From Octopus sinensis (taxonomy: Eukaryota), in assembly GCF_006345805.1 (NCBI RefSeq), contig NC_043010.1, forward strand, positions 20,584,001 to 20,648,000: a stretch of DNA of 64,000 nucleotides, written 5' to 3'. Position 1 is the first letter of the stretch. Each line of letters opens with the position of its first letter. Below the pieces are notes generated by a model. The model saw only the letters and a list, made by a program, of their open reading frames with translations. It made no database searches and had not been told where the DNA came from. The position numbers were made by a program, and so were the translations under genes. Of the stretch, positions 38,321 to 53,132 are shown in pieces.

Positions 38321-38797
38321 GTGTGTTGTGCCTAACGACGATTATCATGGCGACTAGTGCGGGATAGAAGGGTCCAAACACAGGAGGAAGGAAAGTAGGG
38401 GAGATAACAAGGTAAAGATGACCCCTAACACAAAGATGGTGTGGTGTATAAGAGAGATGTATGCGTGTGAAAGAGGGCTGGTGGTTAGGATGTGGGCGTG
38501 CATGTATGTGTAGGTGTGAAAATGGGGGAGGGGGTCTGGTGTGTTTTGAGTGTGGCTGTGGGTGGTGATGGTGTAATGGTGTATGGGGTATATATATTAT
38601 ATATATATATCTGATATATAATATATATATATAGTTATATATATAGACAATATATCATATATGTATTATATACATATATACATATATGTATGTATAATAT
38701 ATCATATATTATATATATATAATATACACACATATATATATGAATTATCTGTATGTATATATGTATATAGTATATGTATGTGTATGTACGTATATAT

Positions 38798-38828
<31 letters not shown>

Positions 38829-38929
38829 ATATATATATATATAAACATACAATATATATACATACGTATATATAGATTTATATACATATATGTGTGCGTG
38901 TTTATATATGTATACAAATATATATATAG

Positions 38930-38960
<31 letters not shown>

Positions 38961-39244
38961 CATACGTATGTATATGCAACTGCACGTGTGTGTATGTGCC
39001 CTGAACGGTTTATATATGTATGTGATTGTTCAGTTTTATTTCAAGATTTCTCGCCAATAGAGAAAGAGCCGGTTTCTAACTTAGATTCAAGGCTCCTTCA
39101 TTGGAATTTCAAAATCAACGACGAGGTATTTTTGTATGTATGTATATATGCATGTATGTATGTATGTATGTATGTATGTATGTATGTATGTATGTATGTA
39201 TGTATGTATGTATGTATGTTGTATGTATGTATGTGTATGTATGA

Positions 39245-39317
<73 letters not shown>

Positions 39318-40032
39318 ATATATATATGTATCTATCTATCTATCTCTCTCTCTCTCTATATATATATATACACAAAATAAGCAACCAGAATGGATCCGGT
39401 AATTTGCTGAACTTATATATATATATACATATATACATACATGCATACATACATGCTCATACATACATACATACATACATACACACACACATACATACAT
39501 ACATACATACATACATACATACATACATACATACATACATACATACATACATTGCTCTGTCCTGCTAGTGAGCAATTTTTACACACAAAAATAGTGGTAG
39601 CAACGCAAATATGACGAGTGTTTCTTTAGTAAACAATCAGTTTCTTCTGAGAGTAAAGTTTGTGTTGAAAAGAAAAGGTATCTCTACCGTATGACGTTTA
39701 CGAATGTGCATGTTTTGATCTTTCCCTCTTTTATTTGTAACGTTTGAATTAAGGATTAGTATGCAGCTGGGCACCATTGTGGTTAGAGAAAGAGGACATT
39801 TGTGGACCACCGATAAGGGGTTTGCAAATCCAGCAACCCAAGGAACACTTTCAGCGCCATACCTATTGTTACTGGAGCAACAGGACACAGACTGATGCTG
39901 GAGTACCACCTTGAAGAATTGATCCTTGTACTTATTACTTTGTTAATGCCTGGTACATACTCTGTTTTGTCAAACCGGTAGGTTACGTGGACGTAAACAC
40001 ATCAACATGAATTGTCAAGCGGTGGTGCGGAA

Positions 40033-40105
<73 letters not shown>

Positions 40106-40369
40106 CAGAGAACAATAACAACCACAACTATAGCTCGAGGCTGTAATTGAAGACATATGCACAAGCTGTCACGCAGTGAGATTGAATCTAGAATCGGAAT
40201 CACCTGGTTGTGAAGGAAGCTTCCTACCACACAAACACACCTGTGCCTTGAAATATTCCTGTGAAGAAGTCTGTAAAATGTATGAATAAGAGATGAAATA
40301 CAATACCTTGAAACACTGAAAGAAATCGTTTCGGTTGTAAGAATGAGCTGTCTTGGAGACTTCAACGTG

Positions 40370-40556
40370 ATGTTAGAATAGAAAAGACAAAAGGAAACAC
40401 TGGTGTCGAACTAATGCAAACTCTACGAACATTACACATGGACTGTGACTTTAGAATGATCATTCTTGTGATTATTGGAACATTTCGTTTGGTTATTAAC
40501 TGCTTCAGCACACATCTTGAGAAAATGGGAGTCATAAAACCGTAAAAAGGCATGGC
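40370..40556 (+). mobile_element. Degenerate RLE-LINE C-terminal fragment
   Basis: LRTLHMDCDFRMIILVIIGTFRLV...HLEKMG resembles the 'PIIIGALG' end of R4/Dong ORFs. Confidence 0.4.
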
Positions 40557-41155
40557 GAATTAGAAAATTCGGAGCTATTTTGGAGAATTAGCAACTTCGG
40601 AGCTATTTTGGAGAATTAGAAAATTCGGAGCTATTTTGGAGAATTAGAAATTCGGAGCTATTTTGGAGAATTAGCAACTTCGGAGCTATTTTGGAGAATT
40701 AGAAAATTCGGAGCTATTTTGGAGAATTAGAAATTCGGAGCTATTTTGGCGTGTGATCTACAAGCTAAAGAATGATTTTTTTAGGGTACTTTTTAGCCTA
40801 CTTTTCAATTTCTAAAAAGATTTAACATGTTGGTCAAAGATATTTTACAATAAATTCTTTTGTACATACTTAGCATTGTAAATGTTTTTTTTCCCAAAAT
40901 TCTTACTATTTTAATAATAACAAAACTATGTTTTATTTACGTCTTAGTAAATAATGATAAGAAACCAAGAATAGACAATATAATAATTAAATAATATAAT
41001 TAAAATAGTAATAAAAATAATATGCGCGTAGATCACACAAGTTTGGCAGCCGTGAGTTTTGCAACGTAAAGAAACAAAAAAAAAAAAACTAACCTAAAGT
41101 AATCGCCCTTGAAATTGTAGATCACACGCCAAAGTAGTATCGAAAATTCCAATCA
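40557..41155. mobile_element. MITE-like element whose left ~40-bp inverted end is tandemly amplified (7 x 27-28 bp)
   Basis: Array 40557-40750. Its last unit plus gtgtgatctacaa is the imperfect reverse complement of ~41115-41154. Confidence 0.65.
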
Positions 41156-42000
41156 CACACCGCCGTTGATGGAATTGAAAATATGTAAAATAATGCTGTA
41201 ATTTAGGCTGTGAGTGTGTAGACATACCGCAGCTATAGACACACAAACAGATATGTATTTATGTAGCTATATACATTAGTAAAACATACAGACATATCCA
41301 GGCATGCACTCCACTCCTTCCCCCCCAACACGGTTAAAGTGTTCTCTGGTGGTTTCAGCGATAAGTTCAATTGAACAATTGATCAATTGCACGATCGACT
41401 TATTGGACTATTGGCTGAGTGCTCCTCAGACATGTCTATAGGCGTTGCCCATCTTACAGACTTCCACATGGAATACTCCTGCTCAAATTCAATCACAAAG
41501 TTTGGGTCGACTTAATGAAACGCCAGTTATAAGGATTGAACCGGAGCTTCAAGACTACGGAGCTTGCCTCTTAACCACTCGACCATGCATGCGTGCACAC
41601 AGACACCCACCCATCCACCCCCACACTGATGTGTGTTTAAATAAATACATACGTACAAAGAAAAGGGCCGTTGCGCGCAGGATGAGGGAGGCATTAGAAA
41701 GAGCTTCTTGTTTGCTATGACGCAAGAGAGAGGAGTTAAGCCCGTTTATCTCTTGAAAACCCTCTCTCCCTTTTCTTTTACAATAATCTTCGCTAATTTC
41801 TAGACCACCTCTATTAAATCTTTCTTCACACGATGGACTCTTTTGTGAGTTCCTGTCTCCTTCATATTACACATTCTCCCTCCGGACATAACTCATCTTT
41901 CCATATCAAAACTACCACCAAGACTGCTCACCTTTATACAAAAGAACATCACAGCATCTGCAGCAGAATATGCCAACTCTGGCGGAAATACACACAAACA

Positions 42001-42057
<57 letters not shown>

Positions 42058-42066
42058 ACACACACA

Positions 42067-42101
<35 letters not shown>

Positions 42102-42519
42102 CAGGTCCAATTGCTGTTTGGGGATTTCAGGAAATATTCGTGAACGCCTGATACGACAACATTGAGGCTTGATGCACGTCGTTTCAATTCTCCCGCTCAC
42201 ACCCACCCGCAAATCGCCACCTGCTATACACAGAAACACACACACAGCCATACATACACACATCCACAACACACGCACACACGCACACACGCACATCCGC
42301 ATACACACACATCCACACACACACATCCACACACATCCACACAAACACACAAACACACACACATCTACACACAAACACACACGCACGCACGTACCCGCAC
42401 AGATACGGGTGTTAAATTAAGAAAATACTTTTATATTCATGCCTTTTGTTGACAATTTATGTATCTTTGTCTGACAGCTTAACCCGAAGTGTTTACTTAC
42501 GGCGCGTCATTGACATGTA

Positions 42520-42538
42520 CATACGTAACGTACGTACG

Positions 42539-42572
<34 letters not shown>

Positions 42573-43055
42573 TGTATGTATGTATGTATGTATGTATGTA
42601 TGTATGTATGTGTGTGTGTATGTGTGTATGTATGTATGTATGGATGTATGCATGTGTGTATGTGTGTATGTATGTATGTATGTATGTATGTATGTGTGTG
42701 TGTATGTATGTATGTATGTATGTATGTACGTATGTATGTGTGTGTGTATGTGTGTATGTATGTATGTATGGATGTATGCATGTGTGTATGTGTGTATGTA
42801 TGTATGTATGTATGTGTGTGTGTATGTATGTATGTATGTATGTATGTATGTATGTACGTACGTACGTACGTACGTACATATGTACGTATGTGCGTATGTA
42901 TGTATGTATGTATTGTATGTATGTATGTATGTATGTATGTGTGTGTGTATGTATGTATGTATGTAGTATGTATGTATGTATGTATGTATGTATGTATGTG
43001 TGTATGTATGTATGTATGTATGTATGTATGTATGTATGTATGTATGTATGTATGT
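42520..43055. repeat. (TATG)n compound microsatellite
   Basis: Direct reading. Confidence 0.95.
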
Positions 43056-43329
43056 ACAAGGGGGTACCCAAAAGACCGGAAACGTTCTCTGCGAGATAAG
43101 CCCATTGTAGTTCAAGCTTCCGTCGCTAGAAGCCACTTGATGTGACCCTCAGACATTAGTTTGCCGATCGGCGGGGTTCAGTGGCGTTGGGGGGGGGGGG
43201 TCTAGTGCCACGTGGTACTTTTTACAATCGTTATTAAGATATTCAGAAGAATGTGTAACATACTTAACATTTGTAATAAATTATATAATGGCGAGTATAA
43301 TATATATTTAATATATATGATATATATTT

Positions 43330-43550
43330 AAGGCAGAGAGCTGGCAGAGTCGCTAGCACGCCGGGCACCGGGCAAAATGCTTAGCGTTATTTCGCCCATC
43401 TTTACATTCTGAGTTCAAATTCCGCCGAGGTCGACTTTGCCTTTCATCCTTTCGGGGTCGATAAATTAAGTACAAGTTGCGTACTGGGGTCGATCCAATC
43501 GACTGCCCCCTACACCAAATTTCAGGCCTTGTGCCTATAGTAGAAAATCC
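43330..43550 (+). mobile_element. SINE family B
   Basis: gagctggcagagtcgctagcacgccggg...gtcgactttgcctttcatcctttcggggtcgataaa. Confidence 0.8.
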
Positions 43551-43865
43551 AATATGATTTATACATATTAGTAATGTGCAAATTTCTCGGCAAAAAAAAA
43601 ACAAATAAATAGATTTTTTTAAAAATTAAATTTCGATATGAGCCAGGGAGGTTTTTTTTCCATGGGCATATTCTATTGGGATTTTTAGCTCCTCTTTCAC
43701 TTAATATTAATCATATCATTGATAATTATTTAATAGGTATTTATATTAAATTCTTATATAATTTTTGCTTCAAGAAACCATTCAAATTCTATGAGTAAGA
43801 CTTGTCAAATTTGTCTTGAGTAATGTACTCAACTATATTGAACTAGACTTAAACTGTTTTTGTAA

Positions 43866-44303
43866 TCAATATCTATAAAGCTAAAATGCGAAAAAGTTGT
43901 TTGATTTCTTGGTTATTTTGGGATGGGAACGGTTTAAGGAGCGGTAGATGTGGTCGGATTGGCACCAAAATTTACACTGGAGGTAAAATGGGGTGGGCAA
44001 TGGTATGAGGAGGGTTTCAAGTCGCTCGGGGCTACCGTTTGGTTGCTATGGTGTGGAATATGGGAAAAATTGAGTTTTATGGGATAGACAGGTTACGCTG
44101 TTTGAATAATGGTGGCTTTTCGTGTTACTGCAGGGGCTAGAGGCGGTTATCTTTAATTGTGGGTGTAAACATTTGGAGGATTTTGGAAAGTGGGGTAAAG
44201 AATAGGGCAATAAAAAGAACCAGGCAAAGAAGACGAACAAAAGAAGAAAGGGAAAACAACACCACCACCAAAGCTCGAGCGAAGCACTGGTCAAATTAGC
44301 TAG
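43866..44303 (+). mobile_element. Short non-autonomous Helitron-like element
   Basis: A|TCAATATCTATAAAG ... cgagcgaagc ... AGCTAG|T; homologous to 21395-21762. Confidence 0.7.
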
Positions 44304-44695
44304 TCCTTATAATAAAATAGAGTTGTGTGAGTGTGTGTGTGTATTCGCTTTTCACGCCGAAACGGCTGCGCAAATTGCCTCTATACTTGGCATGGGTAAA
44401 TGATTTCATTCCGGAAAAATAATAGGGTATTCGGGTTTTTTTTTCTTAAAAATTAATAATATTGCTTTACCTATGTGATTCACTTCTTTCAATAGGTTTT
44501 TCGATGTCAACTTCTGGTATGGACGCAGCAATGGGGAATTGTTCGTTTTCATTTGCAAGCCTACTCACTTTCTCTTTCAATGCTTTCATTTTAAGTTTTA
44601 ATTCACTATTTGCAAACAACTACGATAACTTACTGAAAGGAGAAACAACCTTGGGAGGAGCCTTTTCGGTAAAAAATAAACAAAAAATAATTATA

Positions 44696-45096
44696 GACGT
44701 AGGAGTGGCTGTGTGATAAGTAGCTTGCTTACGAACCACATGGTTCCAGGTTCAGTCCTACTGCGAGGTACCTTGGGCAAGTGTCTTCTACTATAGCCTC
44801 GGGCCAACCAAAGCCTTGTGAGTGGATTTGGTAGATGGAAACTGAAAGAAGCCCGTCGTATATATGTATATTTATATATGTGTGTGTGTATGTTTATGTG
44901 TCTGTGTTTGTCCCCTCAACATCGCTTGACAACTAATGTTGGAGTGTTTACATCCCCGTAACTTAGCGGTTCGACAAAAGAGACTGATAGAATAAGTACT
45001 AGGCTTACAAAGAATAAGTCCTGGGATCGATTTGCTCGACTAAAGACGGTGCTCCAGCACGGCCACAGTCAAATGACTGAAGCAAGTAAAAGAGTA
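44696..45096 (+). mobile_element. SINE family A, full length
   Basis: gtaggagtggctgtgtg head through gaagcaagtaaaagag tail. Confidence 0.9.
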
Positions 45097-45752
45097 TAAA
45101 CATTTTCTGAGGAAAAGGAGTAAGATTCAAGGGAGATTTGGCTGTTGCTTCTAGCACATCCCAAACCACTCTCCATTTTCATACCAGCATGTATTTATTG
45201 AAAAGCATCACTACATTGTGGAGATATACTTGCATAGCACGTAACTTAATCTGAGGTCGTGTACTGCAATAAAAACAATTGCACCGTGGAAGATATGTGT
45301 TAGTCTTTTAACAACACACAAAAACCGTTAGTTTCACTTCCTTTAAATTTCAATTGAGTCAAAATACTTTCGTGAATTTATTCCACTAAAGGAAGCTACT
45401 GGTGCTTTCATCACTGGTGCTTTCATTATGACTTCATTCCTTTCAGGCTTAGCTTAAGGTATTTTCGCGCCCGACATCACAAAATGCGTCTGAATAAACA
45501 TTGCCGGACAGCAAATAGAGACTCGGACATTGCTTAGAAAATATTTTTCATTTTTAACCTCGTATATAGTACGCGCTAGGGATTTTGTCCTTAAATTTTG
45601 GGGAAAAAATGCGGATTATACTCGAGGATTCCTTGGAAGAAAGCAGCGAATGTATGCGAAAACAAGGACGGGAAAAAAACGGAGAATGTTACACAAATAT
45701 AAATAAGAGGACATAACAACAGGTGTCTTAAGCATACACACACACATACATG

Positions 45753-45829
<77 letters not shown>

Positions 45830-46177
45830 TTATTTATTTATTTATTTATGTATGTAGATATATATTTCCATTCATACGTGCAGACAGTCATACCTAAATA
45901 TATATATACACGCATATATGTATATGTACACATGGATACACATACACATACATACACTCATACATAATTCATACAAACATACATACATATATACATACAT
46001 ACGTATGTACGTACGTATATACATGCATACATACATAATTCATACAAACATACATACGTACGTACGTACATACATACATACATACAAACATACAAACATA
46101 CAAACATGCATACATATTTACACGCACAAACAGACGTACATATACTCCAATATAAGTTATATTCAACATACATACAC

Positions 46178-46920
46178 AATGAAGAGCCTTGACCTCATTA
46201 GGACACTCTCAAGGGACATAGCGATGGAGTTTAGCCAAGGCAACAGTTCCTACCTGGTTGTAAAGTGAGAAAAAATTTCGAAGCCAGTTGAACAACATCG
46301 TTACAATAGCTTGATTATTTCTCTGATAAATGGCTACAGATACCCATCGATGGACAAAAATATCATTAACCGAGGTATTTTTCTTTTTGGATGATAAAAA
46401 CACGGTCGTTTGAGCTGTTTATATACAATAAACCAGTGACAGACAATGTGTTTAGTGTACCAGAACTCATGCCAACATTGAACTACGTGATTGAACAAGA
46501 GGCGAGATCCGCGCCATTGATGTTCAAACCTGAAAACTATTCGCCATCACCGGAAATTTCCTTATTAATAGTAACATCAACCGTGTCTCCTGAAAATTAA
46601 GGGAGAAGAAGTTTGACATGCAATCAAACGATCTTTGAATGTCGCGTCGTATAATCCTTTCCATCGAGTTTTATCAATGACCAAGTGTTGCCCTGCCGAC
46701 AAGAAACACGCCTTTGTACTGGACGCAAATGAGAGCAGAGCAAGCAGGGCCTCGAAAGGTATTCCTTGACCAAAGATTCAAAGCCTGAAAACAGAAGATC
46801 TCTACGACAATGGAACATCAGGCCAAAAGCTTTCTATCGAAGGATTGCTTTTGTTGCTAGAAAAATCTTCTTTCGTTTTTGCATGGGAGTCAGTTCCAAC
46901 GGCAGCAAGTCACACTCATT
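46178..46920 (+). mobile_element. R4/Dong-like LINE RT/thumb relic
   Basis: SLDLIRTLSRDIAMEFSQG...GYRYPSMDKNI...YNKPVTDNVFSVPELMPT...IDVQT*KLFAITGNFLINSNINRV follows the family motif order. Confidence 0.65.
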
Positions 46921-46984
46921 CATATGCAAAGAGCTAATAGCACGCATGCGTACAAGCATTCCTCCCTCCTTCCATCCATCTGCC

Positions 46985-47346
46985 ATGTATGTACTTACGT
47001 ACCTACGTATGTATGTATGTATGTATGTATGTATGTATGTATGTATGTATGTATGTATGTATGTATGTATGTATGTATGTATGTATGTATGTATGTATGT
47101 ACGTACGTACGTATGTATGATTGTATGCATGCATATATGTATGCATGTATGCATGCATGTTTGTATGTGTGTATGTATTTATGTGTGTATGTATGTATGT
47201 ATGTATGATTGTATGCATGCATGTATGTATGCATGAATGTACGTATGTGTGTATGTATTTATGTGTATTTGTATTATGTATTTACAATCTATCTATCTAT
47301 CTCGCTAGCTAGCTATTTCTGCATACATACATACATACACACACAT

Positions 47347-47377
<31 letters not shown>

Positions 47378-47760
47378 TACATACATACATACATACATAC
47401 AAACATACATATACATATCTACATTCACACATACATACACACATACATACATACATGCACACACACATACATACATACATACATACATACAAACATACAT
47501 ATACATATCCACATTCACACATACATACACACACACACACACATACATACATACATACATACATACACACACACATACATACATACATACATACACACAC
47601 ACATACATACATACATACATACATACATACACACACATACATACATACATACATACATACATACATACAAACATACATACATACATACATACATACATAC
47701 ATGCATACATACTTACATACATACATACATAGATGCATACATACATACATACATACATAC
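46985..47760. repeat. (TATG)n followed by (CATA)n, opposed microsatellite blocks
   Basis: Direct reading. Confidence 0.9.
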
Positions 47761-48239
47761 AATGCAGCTATGGTTGTGTGGTTGAGAGGTTCGCCCCTCA
47801 GCCACATTTTTCTGAGTTGGGTCTCATCGCCCGAAATCTTGAACAGTTGTCTGCTTTCATTCGTTTCGGGCGACCAACACTTTGTGGGTAACATTTGGTG
47901 GATGGATGTGACGCCATGTCTCTTCCACTACATCTGCTAACCACAAAGCGTTGCGGTGCATCCATTCATGAAACAAGATTTGCTTACAGAAAGCAAACGA
48001 CATTATAAAAGATGGAAGGAATGTTTTTGACAGCAACGAAACCTTCATGTGAGGCTATATTACACCGACAATTTTAGTCCTCACTGCAACGTATATAAGT
48101 TTGCAAACAAGACGTCATCACAAAATAGCTGATCATAAGAACATAACTGGAGATAAAAAAAAAGAGAAAAAGAACATAAAAAGAAGACAACGAGGTAAAA
48201 ACAAAATATAGCAAGAAGGGATTTTACTCACATTTAGGT

Positions 48240-48890
48240 CTGTTTTCCATCTGACAAGGCACTCCTTAACTCTTATGTCCAGACAAGTCACAGAGGAGTC
48301 TCCAGAAAACATGGCTCTTCTCGTTCTGGTAAACTACGAAAGAGATCTTTGAATTGATGTCAGTTAAGTCTCGACCTCTTTCGTTTTAGAAAAAGACAGT
48401 CAAAACCATTATCGACGTGGAAATATCTGGTATTTAGTTGTTTAGGGATTTTAATATGAGCGGCTAAGTCGAGTAGCCCGAATGCTGATATGGATACTGG
48501 TGCAGTTGAGAGGTCATAAGTTCACTTCTCGTTTGCTGAGACCACCAAAGAGCATATTTCATTCATCTGGAAGTATACGTTCCCTTGTATGCAGAATAAT
48601 CGTCATAATGGACATTGTAGGATATATTTTCGTCCAGCTCCAGACACCGATAGCATTCCTCATCGAATATCGGAAAAATGGTCAGGCCATTGATACAAAT
48701 GTTGATAAACTGGTTTGTCGTTGTTCCTTGATTTTAAATCAGCCAGGAACATTTATCTTGGCCAAATTCCATCCCTACATCCCCTGAGTATGTCGTAATC
48801 AGGTCAAGGCTCTACTTCCTCATATCGTCCATATTTTTGCCAAATGCTTTCAGCTTCTCTACTTGTCTACAAACAAACACTGTGTCAGGT
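48240..48890 (-). mobile_element. R4/Dong-like LINE RT relic
   Basis: FVD...KAFGKN...SLDLITTYSGDVGMEFGQDKCSWL...INGLTIFPI...YRCLELDENISY...FHVDNGFDCLFLKRKE. Confidence 0.75.
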
Positions 48891-49343
48891 TGTGGTTAGT
48901 TTTTTTTTTATCGTCCTGTCAGCAAATCACACACCGTTCAGACTTCTTCAATGAATGGAAGCATGTATGTATTCGTATGTGTGTCTATATGTATTTATAT
49001 ATGCATGTATGTGTATGAATGAATGTATGTATGCATGTATGTACGTGCGTACCTACGTATGTATGTATGTATGTATGTATGTATGTATGTATGTATGTAT
49101 GTGTGTGTGTATGTATGTATGTGCGTGTGTGTGTGTGTATGTATGTATGTATGTATGTAAGTGTCTATGAATGTATGTATGTGTATGTGCGTGCGTGCGG
49201 GCGCGTGTATGTATGGATGTATATTTCTATGTATATATGTATGTATACATGTCTGTGTATGTATGTACGTATGTATGCATGAGTGTATGTATTTACGTAT
49301 GTATGTATGTATATGTATGTATGAATGAATGTATCTATGTATG

Positions 49344-49380
<37 letters not shown>

Positions 49381-49454
49381 GTATGTATGCATGTATGTAT
49401 GTATGTATGTATGTATGTATGTATGTGTGTGTGTGTGAGAGAGTGTGTTTGTTG

Positions 49455-49680
49455 CGAAGACGCGTGGCTTAGTGGTTACAGCATCCGGCTCAAGATTGTA
49501 AAGCTGTGAGTTCGCTACCTGGTGTTGCATTGTACCAAGGATCGTAAGGTCGTGAGTTCAAATCCCAGTGGTGCGTTTTGTCCTTGAGCGAGACACTTTA
49601 TTTCACGTTACTCCAGTTGTACTTGTAATTCAAAGGGGGCCAATCCCGTCACATTCTGTGTCACGCTGAATCTCCCCGAG
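49455..49680 (+). mobile_element. CORE-like SINE, family C, with duplicated head
   Basis: gcgtggcttagtggtt head; gtgagttc B-box region appears twice; ccttgagcgagacactttatttc. Confidence 0.65.
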
Positions 49681-50858
49681 CATTCTGCACAACCATGAGA
49701 ATTGAATCGAAAGAGGAGAGAAGAAAGCGGGAAAGAATGGGGAAATGGCAAAGGGAAGAAATAAGAATTAGGAATTAAAAAGGAGAATCAGGGACGATGA
49801 GAAGCCTTAACTGAAGTGGAAAGGAATGAAGTTGTTGTGGTCTACGTTGCTAAATAGTCGAATGATCTCCTTTACTAGAAAGATAATGGAGTAACCTCCC
49901 TTTTCTTAGTTTCTCGAAACATCTGTGTCATGAGACGTGATTCTTAATTATTCAACAAGCTTAGCGTTTCTCTTGGAAGTTTCTAGAATGTCCAGAGTTC
50001 CATTAATAAAAGCAGCTTGCTAACCCAACTTTTCGCTTCTTAGTCGATTAGACTTAGAGCCATTCACGTCATTGCTATGTCCGTCTTTTTCTCTATGCCA
50101 CATGACTGAAAACCACCTCTTAGTTGTTATTTCTATATTTTCTTTTTCTGAACTTCCTTGCATAGATTACTTCATTCAACTAGATTCTACATTTTGATTC
50201 TATGTATCATCATCGACCAGTAAATAAGATATATTTTCATGTAGTAAATATATAAGTCTTGAATTTATTCTTTATTCCATTATGAACTATTATAATAACA
50301 TACACACAGCCACATCAATGCCTTTTACGGTCTATATATTCCCATTACAAAGTTATTGCCGAACGATGTAGCTGTAGCTATTTGGAAAAGAATGAAAATT
50401 GTTAATCAAGAAAGAAAACAAGATACGAACGAAGATGATGATAACCAGGGGCGGACCCAAAAGGAGTGCACTTCTCAAGAAGAGAAGTACACCCTTCTAA
50501 TTAATGTTATTACACCCTTTTCTCCTGGAATTGTATTCCCTTGTGACCTTGTGCCCTCTTTTCAAAGAATTCCTGGGATCGTGTCTGATAGGCAAGAATG
50601 AGAAAACAAGCTAGAAGGAAATAGAAGAATTTCCCTGGAATTAATCAAAGGATTAGGAAAGAAAAGACTGAGTGGGGAAAAGTTTATGGCTGACACTGTA
50701 CCCGAAATGGGCTGATAGTTTACGCTGCCCTATGTGACCTCACCTTTTACAGTCTTTCTAAGACTGTAATATGTAACTCGAGACATATTTGGCTGCTGTT
50801 TATATTAGATCAAGCGACCACATGGACGATAGCTCGTTTAGTCGTGGATTTCTGTGCA

Positions 50859-50898
<40 letters not shown>

Positions 50899-51073
50899 CA
50901 CAGCCAGAGTTGGCACATGTAGAAATGTAAATATTTTTTTCTCTTAGAATTTCAAATAAATTACGTATAAATAAAATAAGCTTAAAACAAGCAGAACCAA
51001 ATAACAGCAAATCGCAAAATAGCGAAACATTTTTAGTGCCAGACTTTTCTCTGATAAACAGAAAAAGGAAATC

Positions 51074-51496
<423 letters not shown>

Positions 51497-51958
51497 GAGG
51501 GAGAGAGGGAGAAAAGAGAGAATTATAGACAGATAGGTCTCAACTGAACGTATGTATATAATTACACATAAGCATAGAATATATGTAAAGAGATAAGATA
51601 TATTTCCGATGTTATCAGAAGCTTAAATTCTTGGTTTTTCTTCAGTCTCTTTGTTGTTAACCCTCGTAAACCAATTGCTTTCTGGAACATTCTCTCTTTC
51701 CTTACACATCCTATTAAATTACACGAGACTCTAAACATCTTCTTAGATATTAGAGATATAACGCAGTGCCTTTCCGCCCCCACCCCACCCCCACCAGGTA
51801 GACATTAACCTATAGCTGAATTATCAATCTCACCAGTTAGGTTAAAGCATCAATCGCATCAATCACATTAGTCAATGACTAATGTTTCTCGACCTTTTTT
51901 TCGTCCAATAACCCATTTCAACTTACCTAAAGAACGTATGTCTTATCATTAACGGCCA

Positions 51959-52054
<96 letters not shown>

Positions 52055-53132
52055 TGTGTGTGTGTTAAAATTTATTAAACTTTGAGAGAACGTGATATAA
52101 TTTTGGGAGTAAACAGTGAATCTCGAAGCAGATAAGGCTATGAAAAACAGCGTGTAAATATTGGGTTAAAGAATCCCTTTTAGATAGAAAAATTCGAAGC
52201 AACTTTTGAATTTTGCAATATAAAATGCTTTTAAACGCTATATTTATAGCTTTATCTGCTTCGAGATCCACCGTTTCCAAAAGGGATACACGCAAATACA
52301 CACACACATACACATGTTAGCACATAGATGCAAAGTAAGGTAGAGAAATAGTACTCGAATACCAAAGGTAGAGCGAATTAATGTTTTGTTGCTGCTGGAA
52401 AGATCTCACAAACCGTTTCTCACAGTTTCACGTAGATCATCAACCGAAAACTCCGAGTATACTCGCGACTCTGAAGTCTTATCAGCTTCTATAAAGTAAC
52501 ATATTTTATCTTCTATCTTTTACTTGTTTCAGTCATTGGACAGCGGCCATGCTTGAACACTGTCTTGGAGGGGCTTTTAGTCGAACCAATCGACCTCATT
52601 GCATTTTTTAAAGTCTGGTACTTATCGTATCGGTCTCATTGGCAGAATCGCTAAGTTGCAGAGACGTAAACTAACACCCGTTAACCGGAAGCTACAGTAG
52701 AAGAGAAGACACTTGCCCAAGGTGCCACGCAGTGAGACTGAACTAGTAACCGGAAAATTAATAAGATAGAACAAAATTAAATGTGAAATACAACAAAAGT
52801 CCAAGATTGATATTATTAGGTTGGCGCTCAAAGAAAGAAAAGTGTTATAAAGTATAAGTTATATAGCGAAAGTACAACGTTTCGGATAGAGTGTCTTTTG
52901 TCAGATACAAAGAGAAAAGTCCAGCGAAGAAGAGAAAGGAGGAAAGGAAATAAAAAAGGAGAGTCGGAAAAAAAACACGTTGGCAACTGACATGTTATAA
53001 GCTTCATTGTAAGTTTTATTCGTTTATGATTTGCACCCCATTCTGAAGTAAAAAGACTGATCTAGAAAGCTTTGAAGATGTTACGAACACTGCTTCCCTT
53101 CCTCTGACTAAATTTTGGGGTTTGATGCATTG

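Noticed and set aside
46391-46920. Possible host exon (TTTTCAG acceptor at ~46590 minus; long open frames)
   Set aside because: The plus strand follows R4/Dong RT-thumb motifs in order, and the minus frame has in-frame stops.
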